Part shown: positions 1 to 8,793 of the stretch, piece after piece
How the letters are laid out: each line of letters begins with the position of its first letter
How positions within the stretch are numbered: the stretch's first letter is position 1
Assembly (NCBI GenBank): GCA_964448085.1
Contig: CAYUUX010000001.1
Coordinates: 22,465 to 86,464, forward strand
Source: an uncultured Gammaproteobacteria bacterium
GTDB taxonomy: Bacteria > Patescibacteriota > Microgenomatia > UBA10105 > UBA927
DNA: 64,000 nucleotides
Direction of reading: 5' to 3'
Program-made: the position numbers and the translations under genes
Notes under the pieces: model-generated
Databases searched by the model: none
What the model was told of the DNA's origin: nothing
What the model saw: the letters and a program-made list of their open reading frames with translations, nothing else

Positions 1-857
1 CTCAGTGCTATAAACATCGCGGTAAAAAACAAAATATGAGCCATATTATGGCCTGCGATACGCACGATTTTCTTTTTGGATACCACAATACCATCCAAGA
101 TAAGCACGCCTACCAATAGCCCCATGAACAAAAATGCCACATCTCGTGTCAAGGCAGGAATGTTAATCAACGGATGTAATACCACCTGGGAAAATGCATT
201 GAACAAAAATGTAGCAACAGGTGTTACCTGCAGCTTGGGAACAATCACAGGTTCCGCTTCTGCCACTCTCGTTTCAACCTGTTCACCGAGTTGTTCGGGG
301 ACACCCTCGTTTTTCTCAACAACCGCAGCCTGCTCCAATACGACGGTCTTCACCGGCTCCGCGGCAACTACCGTTTCACCGGCACCAAACATCTGCACAA
401 CCAGCGTTGTTTCTTCGCCACCCAAAACGCCGTTTACAATGGCAAATCCTACATCCCGGTATCCCGGTTTCACAATATTTTCCTTGTGCGTTGGAGAGGC
501 CATCCATGCGTCAATCACTCCTTGGCTTGTGGCAAAATTTTTCGCTAGATTTTCCCCTGCTACGGTATATTTGTATCCCGCAGCTTGAATAAAATTCCAT
601 GGCGTTTTTCCCTGAGGGCTGTTATGCGCCCAATAGTTATTCGCAAACATATCTTGCGCCTTTGCGGCAGCTGCCTGAGAAAGTGTCATATTGAGCGTCA
701 ACGGACCAATGCCCGCGGCAGAACGCTGTGCATTCGTTCCGGACAACAGCTGATCAACCCTGATGTCGGTTGCGTATCCCAAGACGTTCGGAAATTCTCT
801 GTGAAGTATTCTGACACCGAAATTAAATATTGCGAAGATCAGAATGTAGCAAAGCAT
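1..857 (-). CDS. CAP/SCP (PR-1-like) domain protein, N-terminal signal/TM; 3' end runs off window start (partial)
   Basis: My own minus-strand translation (not in ORF track because no stop inside window): MLCYILIFAIFNFG...LLSGTNAQRSAAGIGPLTLNMTLSQAAAAKAQDMFANNYWAHNSPQGKTPWNFIQAAGYKYTVAGENLAKNFATSQGVIDAWMASPTHKENIVKPGYRDVGFAIVNG = CAP-domain signature blocks (GENLA..., SP.HKENIL, Y..VG.A); hydrophobic C-terminal segments near window edge. The plus-strand 76..588 ORF is its low-complexity antisense. Confidence 0.6.
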   Translation of the reverse strand, partial: MLCYILIFAIFNFGVRILHREFPNVLGYATDIRVDQLLSGTNAQRSAAGIGPLTLNMTLSQAAAAKAQDMFANNYWAHNSPQGKTPWNFIQAAGYKYTVAGENLAKNFATSQGVIDAWMASPTHKENIVKPGYRDVGFAIVNGVLGGEETTLVVQMFGAGETVVAAEPVKTVVLEQAAVVEKNEGVPEQLGEQVETRVAEAEPVIVPKLQVTPVATFLFNAFSQVVLHPLINIPALTRDVAFLFMGLLVGVLILDGIVVSKKKIVRIAGHNMAHILFFTAMFIAL

Positions 858-983
858 CGAATCCACATGCAATGCGCGGGCGTGATGATTATTTGAATGA
901 TGCGGCAAGAAAAAATGCCGAAGAAATCTCTGCATAATTCCATGATACCGATTCAGAAAGAAAAATTCCAGGAGCCTCTCGCG

Positions 984-1319
984 TCACTTCCATTTATCCT
1001 GTTCGTACGGGATATCAACGTCTTGCATTGCATCGTGCCCATTCACTGGTACTTGAAGCATATAGCCAAGCGTCCTTGCTATCGCAACACCTACCCGACG
1101 CCCCATATACGATCCACTATCAACCAGAACTTCAACTTCTTTAATATCCGACAGCGCTCCAGATGCCCCATCAAGAGCCTCCACAAGAAGCGCCAATACC
1201 GATTGTGCATGTGATGTGTTTGCACATTCAACGAGCTGCTCTTTCTTTTTTATATCGTACAAGAGAACACGAGTTGCATCAGATACACGCGTATCGATAA
1301 TAAGCTTCCATTCGTTCAT
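984..1319 (-). CDS. tsaB: tRNA threonylcarbamoyladenosine biosynthesis protein TsaB, minimal (about 112 aa) version
   Basis: MNEWKLIIDTRVSDATRVLL...VEVLVDSGSYMGRRVGVAIARTLGYMLQVPVNG matches TsaB/YeaZ N-terminal Kae1-like core (IDTS..., GPGSFTG-RIG.A.A.GLA-like block). Internal Met start chosen to avoid a 100 nt overlap with tsaC. Sits in the tsaE-tsaC cluster. Confidence 0.6.
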   Translation of the reverse strand: MNEWKLIIDTRVSDATRVLLYDIKKKEQLVECANTSHAQSVLALLVEALDGASGALSDIKEVEVLVDSGSYMGRRVGVAIARTLGYMLQVPVNGHDAMQDVDIPYEQDKWK

Positions 1320-1900
1320 ATGTGCACCGCCCCCTGCCGGATAATTGTATATGGATTCACGGAACAATCCACGACGGTGGAAGATTGGCCAATTGGACAC
1401 TCCCCGGGTATGACACAATCAACGAGCTTAATAAACTCAGGATCTACGTCAGCGAGAGAATGCGGCGTTTTCATTTTGTGAATATTGGCAGAAGGCCCTA
1501 TTATCGATACCCCTGTCCCTTCGATCAATTGTTGCACTATCGGGTGATTTGGCCATCGAAGTCCCACCGTTGGACCGCCAGCGCGAATAGGGGAGTCGAT
1601 CAATTCTTTTTTGCACGTATCTACTATGGTTAAAGCCCCAGGCCAATATTGCCGCATAAAACGTCGTACAATATTTGATGGGTCAAGGAAATAGGCGAGT
1701 GCCTGTGTGGTCGAACTAACCAAGACCGGTAATGCTTGTGTTAATGGCCTTTGCCGGATGGCAAATATTTTTTTCACGGCCTCAGGCTTATCAATGCGAC
1801 ACCCTACACCAAATGCAGTGTCTGTAGGAAAAATGATTATGCCACCATCATTGAGGATCCCTATCGCTTTTTTTATGAGAACACCTTGATTATTTTCCAT
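1316..1900 (-). CDS. tsaC: threonylcarbamoyl-AMP synthase TsaC/YrdC/Sua5 family
   Basis: GGIIIFPTDTAFGVGC motif (YrdC/Sua5 signature), about 195 aa; start set at MENNQG... to avoid long overlap with tsaE. Confidence 0.8.
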   Translation of the reverse strand: MENNQGVLIKKAIGILNDGGIIIFPTDTAFGVGCRIDKPEAVKKIFAIRQRPLTQALPVLVSSTTQALAYFLDPSNIVRRFMRQYWPGALTIVDTCKKELIDSPIRAGGPTVGLRWPNHPIVQQLIEGTGVSIIGPSANIHKMKTPHSLADVDPEFIKLVDCVIPGECPIGQSSTVVDCSVNPYTIIRQGAVHI

Positions 1901-2339
1901 ATGACACCTCAATATTCCGCCCATTTTCACCTTTCCCCTGTGATAGGCGTATATCCGTCCTCTCTAAAGGCACGTTGTCTCCTAAACGCTCTGCCCATTC
2001 TATTATGACTACGGATCCGGATTCAGACATCATTTCGTGTAACGCTAATGCGTTCATCTCACGCACGTCTTTTACGCGATAAAGATCGATATGGTACAAA
2101 AAACGGTTTTGTTTCGGAATTTGATAACGTCGCACAATAATGAAGGTTGGGGAGAGAAGGCGAGAGGTGATACCCAAACCTTCTGCAATTCCCTGAACGA
2201 GTGTTGTCTTCCCTGCCCCCAGGTTTCCATATATACAGAGAACCTGTGCTCCTCGCTCCCCTCTTCCTGCAGATAACGTTAAAGAATCTGCAATTTTTTT
2301 GCCCACGTTTTTAGTCTCTTGGGCGCTTGTGGTAACCAT
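1890..2339 (-). CDS. tsaE: tRNA t6A biosynthesis ATPase TsaE (YjeE)
   Basis: P-loop LCIYGNLGAGKTTLVQGIAEGLG followed by SPTFIIVRRY...YHIDLYRV, the characteristic TsaE layout; about 150 aa. Confidence 0.8.
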   Translation of the reverse strand: MVTTSAQETKNVGKKIADSLTLSAGRGERGAQVLCIYGNLGAGKTTLVQGIAEGLGITSRLLSPTFIIVRRYQIPKQNRFLYHIDLYRVKDVREMNALALHEMMSESGSVVIIEWAERLGDNVPLERTDIRLSQGKGENGRNIEVSYGK

Positions 2340-2692
2340 CTTTGTACTATTCCCCATGATATTGCTGCTCCAAACATGTCAATTATAGCATCACGAAGCC
2401 TTCCTTCACGTGTCGGTATAAATTTTTGGTGTATTTCGTCACTGAGCGCGTATAAAGCAGTTACGATAAATGCAAACGCGTATACTGTTCGCATGTGTTT
2501 CGTTTTCAATGTATTTTTTGCAGCCCTGAAAACCAATACATACAACATCGCATATTCAATCAGGTGAAGGCTCTTAAAAATTACGAAGCTGACCACATAG
2601 GAATCGGATACCGCCACCTTCTGTCGGGAAGAAAGAAAAAAAATGAGGAGCATCCAGCAAAAAGCCGGTGCCCAATAACGAATGAACTTCAT
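2279..2692 (-). CDS. VanZ-like family membrane protein
   Basis: MKFIRYWAPAFCWMLLIFFLSS...FRAAKNTLKTK...ALYALSDEIHQKFIPTREGRLRDAIIDMFGAAIS: 4 TM helices and the VanZ-family C-terminal SDE.HQ..P.R....D...D block. Confidence 0.65.
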   Translation of the reverse strand: MKFIRYWAPAFCWMLLIFFLSSRQKVAVSDSYVVSFVIFKSLHLIEYAMLYVLVFRAAKNTLKTKHMRTVYAFAFIVTALYALSDEIHQKFIPTREGRLRDAIIDMFGAAISWGIVQRWLPQAPKRLKTWAKKLQIL

Positions 2693-3504
2693 AAAGAATG
2701 TCTCTTCAAGTATACGCGTTTCCAGACGGCAAGAACAACAGCAACACAAGCAAGTCCTACCCCGGTGCCCAACAAGACGAGAATCATTGGTTTCTGCCTC
2801 TCAAACATCGGATCGTTATATTCGGTCGACGATGAAGCGGTTTCCACGATTCCCAGTACTGTTCCCGAAGAAATCTCAGGAGAAGCCGTCGATTTTATCT
2901 CTACTGATGTCTGAGTTGGTATTCGTGTTGGCGTTACGGTTGCGCTCGGGCGCGGTGTTGAAGTCGGTGTTGTGGTTGGTGTATTGGACGGTGTACAGGT
3001 AGCTGTCGCGGTTGGCGGCAGTGCAGTTGGTGTTGGAGTCGGACCGGTAATGGTTATTGTTTTTTCTGATGACCAGGTTGGAGATCCACAACTTGTCGTA
3101 TAGCGGCCAAGCTTAAAGAGATATTCCCCCGGACCATTGTAATAACTGTTTTCTGCGTCTGGTTTAATATGCAACACCCCGCTCCAACTCCCCTCTTTGA
3201 GATCATCAAGCGCTATCTTGAAATATTCGGTACAACTTGCCCCTGATGCATTTATCCACGAACCCGTATTATTTTGTGTATACCCGAAGTAACTTGACCC
3301 GCTCGGATAAAACACCCCTCGAATATAGGAATCGCCGGAGCAGCCCGAGCAATATAATATCGTTTGAATACCTACTTCCTCTTTTTCATCAACAGAAGTC
3401 GGAAGATCGGAGAAAGAAATAGATGTTACTGCATATATTGCATGAGGCAAACATAAGAGAATACCGGCCGCAAGACCCACGACCATTGGTATCCGGGCAG
3501 TCAT
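2689..3504 (-). CDS. secreted/surface protein, signal peptide, Thr/Pro-rich linker and C-terminal TM anchor (hypothetical)
   Basis: N-terminal signal-like MTARIPMVVGLAAGILLCLPHAIYA; long TPTPT/PTTTPTSTP linker; C-terminal hydrophobic ILVLLGTGVGLACVAVVLAVW followed by KR. Confidence 0.5.
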   Translation of the reverse strand: MTARIPMVVGLAAGILLCLPHAIYAVTSISFSDLPTSVDEKEEVGIQTILYCSGCSGDSYIRGVFYPSGSSYFGYTQNNTGSWINASGASCTEYFKIALDDLKEGSWSGVLHIKPDAENSYYNGPGEYLFKLGRYTTSCGSPTWSSEKTITITGPTPTPTALPPTATATCTPSNTPTTTPTSTPRPSATVTPTRIPTQTSVEIKSTASPEISSGTVLGIVETASSSTEYNDPMFERQKPMILVLLGTGVGLACVAVVLAVWKRVYLKRHSL

Positions 3505-3525
3505 ATGATCAATACTATCCAGTCT

Positions 3526-4671
3526 TTACTGGACGTGTAAATAGAAACTTACAATACCATCTTCGTGCTCGATATACTTAATCTTGATGATGCTACTTCC
3601 ACCACATGCCTGACTGGATGAATACATGGTTCCATCGCGAGGCGCACGGATAACACTCGTGCTTCTTCCAACCATGTCAACCCCCGTATGTATTCCTCCG
3701 CTGTACGTATAGCGCCATGACCAAGGGGTTTTGCCAAATCGTTGCGTTACAATGATATCCCCGTCAAGCGGCCAATCCCACGAGCCTGTACCTATTCTAT
3801 TATTCCCTCCGACTTGATCATCATATACGTCTTTCCCTACAAGATATTCCTCCGCGTTTACCCAGGAACCGTTTTTTCGAATTTCAAAATGCAAATGCGC
3901 TCCCGTAGAACAGCCGGGGTAACCAGTGTTTCCAACCAACGCGATAGGATCTCCTTTTTTCACTGGTCCAACCTTGACAGAATTGATGAGTGCCGAATCA
4001 ATGGCCTGTCTTTCCGCAAGCGCCTGCGCAAGTAATTGCTGATACACGGCTTCACTACTTCTTGTCTGTGCCAAAAACGATTCTTTTTGCTTTTTCTGTT
4101 GGTCAAGACTTCTCATTTCTGCTTCTAATTGCAGTTTGAGCGCCTCTTGTTGCGCACGCTTTTTCTCACGCAGGTCTTTGCGTTCCGCAAAGTTATTCTG
4201 CGTTGCCTTCAACTGAAAAAGCAACTGTGCATCCTCTTCCTGCACGCGATTAATATATTTAACGCGAGATATGAAATCCGATATGTTACCGCTTAAAAAA
4301 ATCGTCCCGAAAGAAGGAACCACTGTCCTCTTGTATGATTCAGGAATTCTATGCAACACCAATTCGGACCTTTTGGTAAGCATAACCTCAAGACGCTCGA
4401 TTTCATTTGCCAGTTCTTCGATTTCAAGAGACAGCTTTGCTATTTGCGAACGGATTGTCTGCGCTTTGAGCGTCGTCAATTCAATGTTGGAGTTGATGAT
4501 GCTTATTTGTTTGGAAAGGGAATTTTCCTGACTTTGCAGTTCCGCAATTTTTGCCTGCAATTGCGAAATGGTGTTCGTGATGGCTGTCGTCGTATCCTGT
4601 GCATAAACCGTGGTTGACACCACCACAAAAAAACTCAGGCAGAAACAGAAATAGCTGATAATACGGTTCAT
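3526..4671 (-). CDS. M23 family metallopeptidase with N-terminal coiled coil (EnvC/PcsB-like FtsEX partner)
   Basis: Signal/TM MNRIISYFCFCLSFFVVVSTTVYA, about 200 aa heptad-like coiled coil (LQAKIAELQSQENSL...), C-terminal LytM/M23 motifs GDPIALVGNTGYPGCSTGAHLHFEIRKNG. Immediately downstream of ftsE-ftsX. Confidence 0.8.
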   Translation of the reverse strand: MNRIISYFCFCLSFFVVVSTTVYAQDTTTAITNTISQLQAKIAELQSQENSLSKQISIINSNIELTTLKAQTIRSQIAKLSLEIEELANEIERLEVMLTKRSELVLHRIPESYKRTVVPSFGTIFLSGNISDFISRVKYINRVQEEDAQLLFQLKATQNNFAERKDLREKKRAQQEALKLQLEAEMRSLDQQKKQKESFLAQTRSSEAVYQQLLAQALAERQAIDSALINSVKVGPVKKGDPIALVGNTGYPGCSTGAHLHFEIRKNGSWVNAEEYLVGKDVYDDQVGGNNRIGTGSWDWPLDGDIIVTQRFGKTPWSWRYTYSGGIHTGVDMVGRSTSVIRAPRDGTMYSSSQACGGSSIIKIKYIEHEDGIVSFYLHVQ

Positions 4672-4690
4672 GTATAAATACTCGCAGTTT

Positions 4691-5590
4691 TTAAAACTTA
4701 ATATATCGACCAAGCGAGACCAAACTGCCAACGGCACCAAGAAGAAAGCCAGTACCCAACATGGTGATACAAAAAATTCCCGTTGCAACAAGTGATTCTG
4801 TTGAAAGCGGGTTTACGAATAATGTCTGTATCACGGGTATGCTTCCCAAAAACTCAACAATGTGCGTTTGAAAAATCAACAAGAGAACTATTATGGAAAA
4901 CCATGCTGCACCAGCTCCAACAACTCCATACAGTCCGCCTTCCATCACAAACGGTTTTCGTATATACCACGGAGATGCGCCGATGAGCTTGAGTATATCA
5001 ATTTCATCTTTCTTTAGTGCTATTTTCATACCGATAACAGTCATAATAATCAACAGTGAATCCAACGCTAATAACCCGGCCAGTATTCCGCCAACCAGAC
5101 GTATTGCATTGGTCCAAGAAAGCAATGCATCAACCACATCTTTTTGAAATACAACCTCCTCAACTCCATTCGCTTGTTTGATCATGGGTTCCAATTCTGA
5201 CAGATATCGTGGGTCTGTTGCCGTCACCTCCAGAGATGCGGGAAGAATATCTGCAGTAACCATTTCGAGAAGCAACGGATCGTTTTTATTTTGTTCTTTG
5301 TAGATAGCGAGTGCTTCGTCTTTGGAAACAAACTTTGTTGAGGCGATTTTACCTGTTTGCTCGAGCGTCTGTTTGAGCGTATCAGCCTCCGGCTTACCGG
5401 CTTTTTCCAAGAAAAAGACTGTAAGTTGCGGTTTGCTTTCGAAATAGCGAAGAATTGCCAGTGACGTACCTGTGGTTAAAAGAAAAACCCCACCCAAAAG
5501 AAACGTCAAAAACATAGTTAATACTGCAGCAAATGACTGGTAAGGCGTCCTTCGAATGTGCGTCCATGTGGGATTATTCGTCTTTTTCAT
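4691..5590 (-). CDS. ftsX: cell division ABC transporter permease FtsX
   Basis: 4-TM FtsX architecture with large first extracytoplasmic loop; C-terminal FtsX-family block; follows ftsE with 17 nt overlap. Start set at MKKTNNPTW (upstream Arg/Lys-rich extension in the ORF track is FtsE's tail read in another frame). Confidence 0.8.
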   Translation of the reverse strand: MKKTNNPTWTHIRRTPYQSFAAVLTMFLTFLLGGVFLLTTGTSLAILRYFESKPQLTVFFLEKAGKPEADTLKQTLEQTGKIASTKFVSKDEALAIYKEQNKNDPLLLEMVTADILPASLEVTATDPRYLSELEPMIKQANGVEEVVFQKDVVDALLSWTNAIRLVGGILAGLLALDSLLIIMTVIGMKIALKKDEIDILKLIGASPWYIRKPFVMEGGLYGVVGAGAAWFSIIVLLLIFQTHIVEFLGSIPVIQTLFVNPLSTESLVATGIFCITMLGTGFLLGAVGSLVSLGRYIKF

Positions 5591-6347
5591 GGTCTTTTTT
5601 CTCCTCCTTCTTCTCTCCCTTTTTCTCATCTTTATGATCATGCTTGCGTTCATGATGGAAACGTTTTGCAAAATGGTATTTCCCTTTTTTCTCATCGCTC
5701 ACAATCGCGCCGTCTTTTATTGTTATTGTCCGCTTCTTTTCCTGATCAACTAACAATGCGTTATGGGTAACAACGATTACGGTTGTACCCATCTTATTCA
5801 CTTCTTTTAATATCTCCAGAATATCCTCACTGGTCTCTGGATCCAAATTACCCGTTGGCTCATCGGCAAGCAGAATCTTCGGTCCTGCAACGATGGAGCG
5901 TGCGAGCGCTATCCGTTGTTTTTCTCCCTGGGAAAGCTGCACAGGAAACAGCGATGCCTTATCTGATAATTCCACTAAACCTAACGCATCCATCACTCCT
6001 TTTTCAATATCTTCCTCCGTTTTTCCCAGAACCTCCATTCCTACGGCGATATTCTCGAACACCGTTCTATCCATAAGTAATTTCAGATCCTGAAACACCA
6101 TGCCGACTTTTCTTCGAAGAAGGTATACCGAAGACGGCGGGATCTGCGCAACATCATCATCATCCACATAGACCTGTCCTTCTGATGGAAGCAACTCCCG
6201 TGTGATGAGTTTTAGCAACGTGGTTTTTCCTGCACCTGTTGGACCGATAACAAAAACGAATTCGCCGTCAGGTATTTCAACGGTTATGTCGGAGAGTGCA
6301 TTTTGCCGCTCCCCAAATGCCTTTGATACATGGTCGAATCGAATCAT
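5574..6347 (-). CDS. ftsE: cell division ATP-binding protein FtsE, with unusual K/E/H-rich C-terminal tail
   Basis: Walker A GPTGAGKTT, ABC signature LSQGEKQRIALARS, Walker B ILLADEPTGNLD, H-loop VVTHN; C-terminus ...HHERKHDHKDEKKGEKKEEKKDHEKDE. Confidence 0.9.
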   Translation of the reverse strand: MIRFDHVSKAFGERQNALSDITVEIPDGEFVFVIGPTGAGKTTLLKLITRELLPSEGQVYVDDDDVAQIPPSSVYLLRRKVGMVFQDLKLLMDRTVFENIAVGMEVLGKTEEDIEKGVMDALGLVELSDKASLFPVQLSQGEKQRIALARSIVAGPKILLADEPTGNLDPETSEDILEILKEVNKMGTTVIVVTHNALLVDQEKKRTITIKDGAIVSDEKKGKYHFAKRFHHERKHDHKDEKKGEKKEEKKDHEKDE

Positions 6348-6349
6348 TC

Positions 6350-6811
6350 CTATTGAAGCACCTCAATGCGCCCCACATCCATAAGCCACGGACACGTTCC
6401 CGCATCCATAGTTTTACTTGTTACGGTAACTTTCTTTCCGACAAATTCATCGAGATCTAACACTGAGGAAACGAGACATGCAGTCTGTGAGGGTCCGCCC
6501 TCACGGACAAGTTTATGCGTACCTTCCCCACTGATTCCCCCCTTTTCTATAGTACCCGTTGCGCTATCGGTAAACGTCTTGGTGTCAGCACTTCCGAATA
6601 CATTTTTCCCAGAAGCTGTTGGTCCGGCGGGTGCTGCCGCGCCAGTGGATAATTTCTTTCCACCGGAAATAACATATCCCGTAAGCACACCAAGGGCGAC
6701 CATTAAGACAAATACACCGCCGACAATGAGCTTTACTGATTTTGACTGACCTGTCTTATCAGGCATTTGTATTGAATTTGCTTGCTTTGCTGTAGGCTTT
6801 AGGTTTTCCAT
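6350..6811 (-). CDS. small membrane-anchored hypothetical protein (first gene of ftsEX operon)
   Basis: Single TM LIVGGVFVLMVALGVLTGYVI, then Gly/Ala/Thr-rich region; 3 nt from ftsE. Confidence 0.45.
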   Translation of the reverse strand: MENLKPTAKQANSIQMPDKTGQSKSVKLIVGGVFVLMVALGVLTGYVISGGKKLSTGAAAPAGPTASGKNVFGSADTKTFTDSATGTIEKGGISGEGTHKLVREGGPSQTACLVSSVLDLDEFVGKKVTVTSKTMDAGTCPWLMDVGRIEVLQ

Positions 6812-6831
6812 AGTTCCTCCATTATCATGAC

Positions 6832-7842
6832 TTATGTAATTTTTTTCAAGTATTCCATAACAAAGTCTTCGATATCCCCATCCAATACCCTATCCGTATT
6901 GGAAGTTTCGTGTTGCGTTCGTAAATCTTTAACCATGTGGTAGGGATGGAGGACATACGATCGTATTTGATTTCCCCACCCCGGTGTTTTATAAACACCT
7001 TTATATTTATCCTGTTCCTTTTGGCGCTTCGCCTCTTCAAGAGCCCACAGTTTCGAACGAAGAATTTTAAGCGCATATTCACGGTTTTGCCCCTGATACC
7101 GTTCGCTTTGGCAAGTCACTATGATGCCGCTGGGTTTATGCCGAAGACGCACTGCTGTGGAAACTTTATTCACATTCTGACCCCCTTTGCCACCTGCGCG
7201 ATAAAATTCCCATTCTAAATCCTCTTCCCGCAAAATTCCCACTTCCGCATCGTCGATAACCGGCATAACTTCCACCATGGAGAACGATGTTTGCCGTAAA
7301 TTATCTGCATTAAATGGTGATTGTCTCACCAAACGATGCACACCGCTTTCCGCTTTCAAAAAACCATATGCATATGCACCACTCACTTCAATCGTAACGC
7401 TTTTAATCCCCGCTTCATCGCCAGGAGTATAATCAACTTCTTCTGTTGACCATCCTTTGCGTTCACAAAAACGCGTATACATCCGGAACAACATTGAGGT
7501 CCAATCCATCGCCTCCGTACCGCCTTGTCCTGCATGAAGCGCAAGAATTGCGTCCCCGCGGTCATACGGACCGGAAAGATACAATGCAAATTCCATCCTC
7601 CCCAATTCCTTTTCCAATGCGTCTTCCTGACCATCCGCCATCAAAAGTTCCAGCATTTCTCCTTCCTCTACTTCCTTTTTCAAATCCGCTATCTGTTTCA
7701 TTACCCGTGCTCCATTCTTTGCATCTTTCCAGAAGGTCTCTTTCATGCTTTCTGCTTCCAACTCACGAATACCTTTTCGCTTTTCATCTAGCGCAAGTTT
7801 TTCAATGAGATGTTTTGCCCTGAGTTGTATTTCTTCATTCAT
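6832..7842 (-). CDS. prfB: peptide chain release factor 2
   Basis: SPF tripeptide (RF2-specific codon reader) in [14 protein letters not shown] and GGQ motif in [19 protein letters not shown]; single uninterrupted frame. Confidence 0.9.
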   Translation of the reverse strand: MNEEIQLRAKHLIEKLALDEKRKGIRELEAESMKETFWKDAKNGARVMKQIADLKKEVEEGEMLELLMADGQEDALEKELGRMEFALYLSGPYDRGDAILALHAGQGGTEAMDWTSMLFRMYTRFCERKGWSTEEVDYTPGDEAGIKSVTIEVSGAYAYGFLKAESGVHRLVRQSPFNADNLRQTSFSMVEVMPVIDDAEVGILREEDLEWEFYRAGGKGGQNVNKVSTAVRLRHKPSGIIVTCQSERYQGQNREYALKILRSKLWALEEAKRQKEQDKYKGVYKTPGWGNQIRSYVLHPYHMVKDLRTQHETSNTDRVLDGDIEDFVMEYLKKIT

Positions 7843-7843
7843 A

Positions 7844-8212
7844 TTACTTACAGATAGCTTTTTTTACTTCTTCTTTTTGTCCCGGATCGAGCGTTTCAAT
7901 CTTATTGATTACCTGAATAATAATTTCCTTTGTTGCAGCATCCTGTACCTTCTTTTCCATATCTTGCATAACTGTATTTACGATACTGCCTGCAGCCGAT
8001 CCAATATCTACGGGCGCAGTCTGTGTCCCGTCGCTGACTCCTAATACTTCTGCAGCCTGTTTCCCGATGCTCGTCTGCAATACCACATCTCTCACCTGCA
8101 CAAGCGGATCCGGGGCTGGCTTGGAAGTAAATTTTGGCCATACAAGGCTCACGCCCGATACGGCAACTCCCGTTGTTAAAGCAGCCAGGATAAATCTCAT
8201 GATAAACGGCAT
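7844..8212 (-). CDS. small secreted/membrane-anchored hypothetical protein
   Basis: N-terminal hydrophobic [19 protein letters not shown]; no recognisable domain; 2 nt upstream of prfB. Confidence 0.4.
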   Translation of the reverse strand: MPFIMRFILAALTTGVAVSGVSLVWPKFTSKPAPDPLVQVRDVVLQTSIGKQAAEVLGVSDGTQTAPVDIGSAAGSIVNTVMQDMEKKVQDAATKEIIIQVINKIETLDPGQKEEVKKAICK

Positions 8213-8304
8213 AGATATGCCTCAAGTATACGAGGTTAGCGGCAAAAACGAAAGGGAAACAGGGCGCGTTGGTAATTCCCCAACCTCCATGATATAACAG
8301 TACC

Positions 8305-8793
8305 ATGAAAATCATGGGCTTGGATCCTGGTACTGCACGCGTCGGTTGGGGAATAATTGCATCAGACGGGGTCGGGTGGCAGCCTATTGCATATGGACTT
8401 ATAGAAACAGAGAAAACCATGGCAGCACAGGATCGTCTTCTTGATATTGCTACCTCCCTTGAAAAACTCCTCCGACAATACAAACCCGATATGGTATCTA
8501 TTGAAGAATTATTTTTTGCGACGAATGCGAAAACGGCAATATCCGTTGGACAAGCACGTGGTGTATTGCTTCTGTCCTGTGCAAGATCTCATATACCTGC
8601 GGTTTCCTATGCGCCTCTTGCGATAAAACGGGCAATCACGGGTGATGGAAAAGCAGATAAGCAGCAGGTACAATACATGGTGACCAAACAGTTACATCTC
8701 AAGACTGTGCCAAAACCTGACGACGTTGCAGACGCATTGGCTATTGCCCTTACCCATGCATATTCACACAAAATGAAGGAGGCATGTTTATGA
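8305..8793 (+). CDS. ruvC: crossover junction endodeoxyribonuclease RuvC
   Basis: MKIMGLDPGTARVGWGII (RuvC catalytic Asp block), about 160 aa, directly precedes ruvA-ruvB. Confidence 0.9.
   Translation: MKIMGLDPGTARVGWGIIASDGVGWQPIAYGLIETEKTMAAQDRLLDIATSLEKLLRQYKPDMVSIEELFFATNAKTAISVGQARGVLLLSCARSHIPAVSYAPLAIKRAITGDGKADKQQVQYMVTKQLHLKTVPKPDDVADALAIALTHAYSHKMKEACL

Noticed and set aside
76-588. 170-aa plus-strand ORF (and overlapping 221..592 and 291..548 ORFs)
   Set aside because: Low-complexity S/T/P/A-rich translation with no start context. The opposite strand encodes a clean CAP/SCP-domain protein across the same span, so these are antisense artefacts.
984-1418. Longer 144-aa version of tsaB starting at 1418
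   Set aside because: Would overlap tsaC by about 100 nt. The conserved TsaB N-terminus begins at MNEWKLIIDT (1319), giving the usual 4-nt ATGA-type overlap.
6832-7842. Possible programmed +1 frameshift in prfB
   Set aside because: RF2 here is encoded in one continuous 336-aa frame with an intact N-terminus. No in-frame UGA or CUU-UGA shift site is evident near codon 25.
7902-8483. 193-aa minus-strand ORF
   Set aside because: Overlaps the well-supported ruvC start and the 7844-8212 gene in other frames. Cys/Arg-rich nonsense composition typical of antisense or off-frame ORFs.
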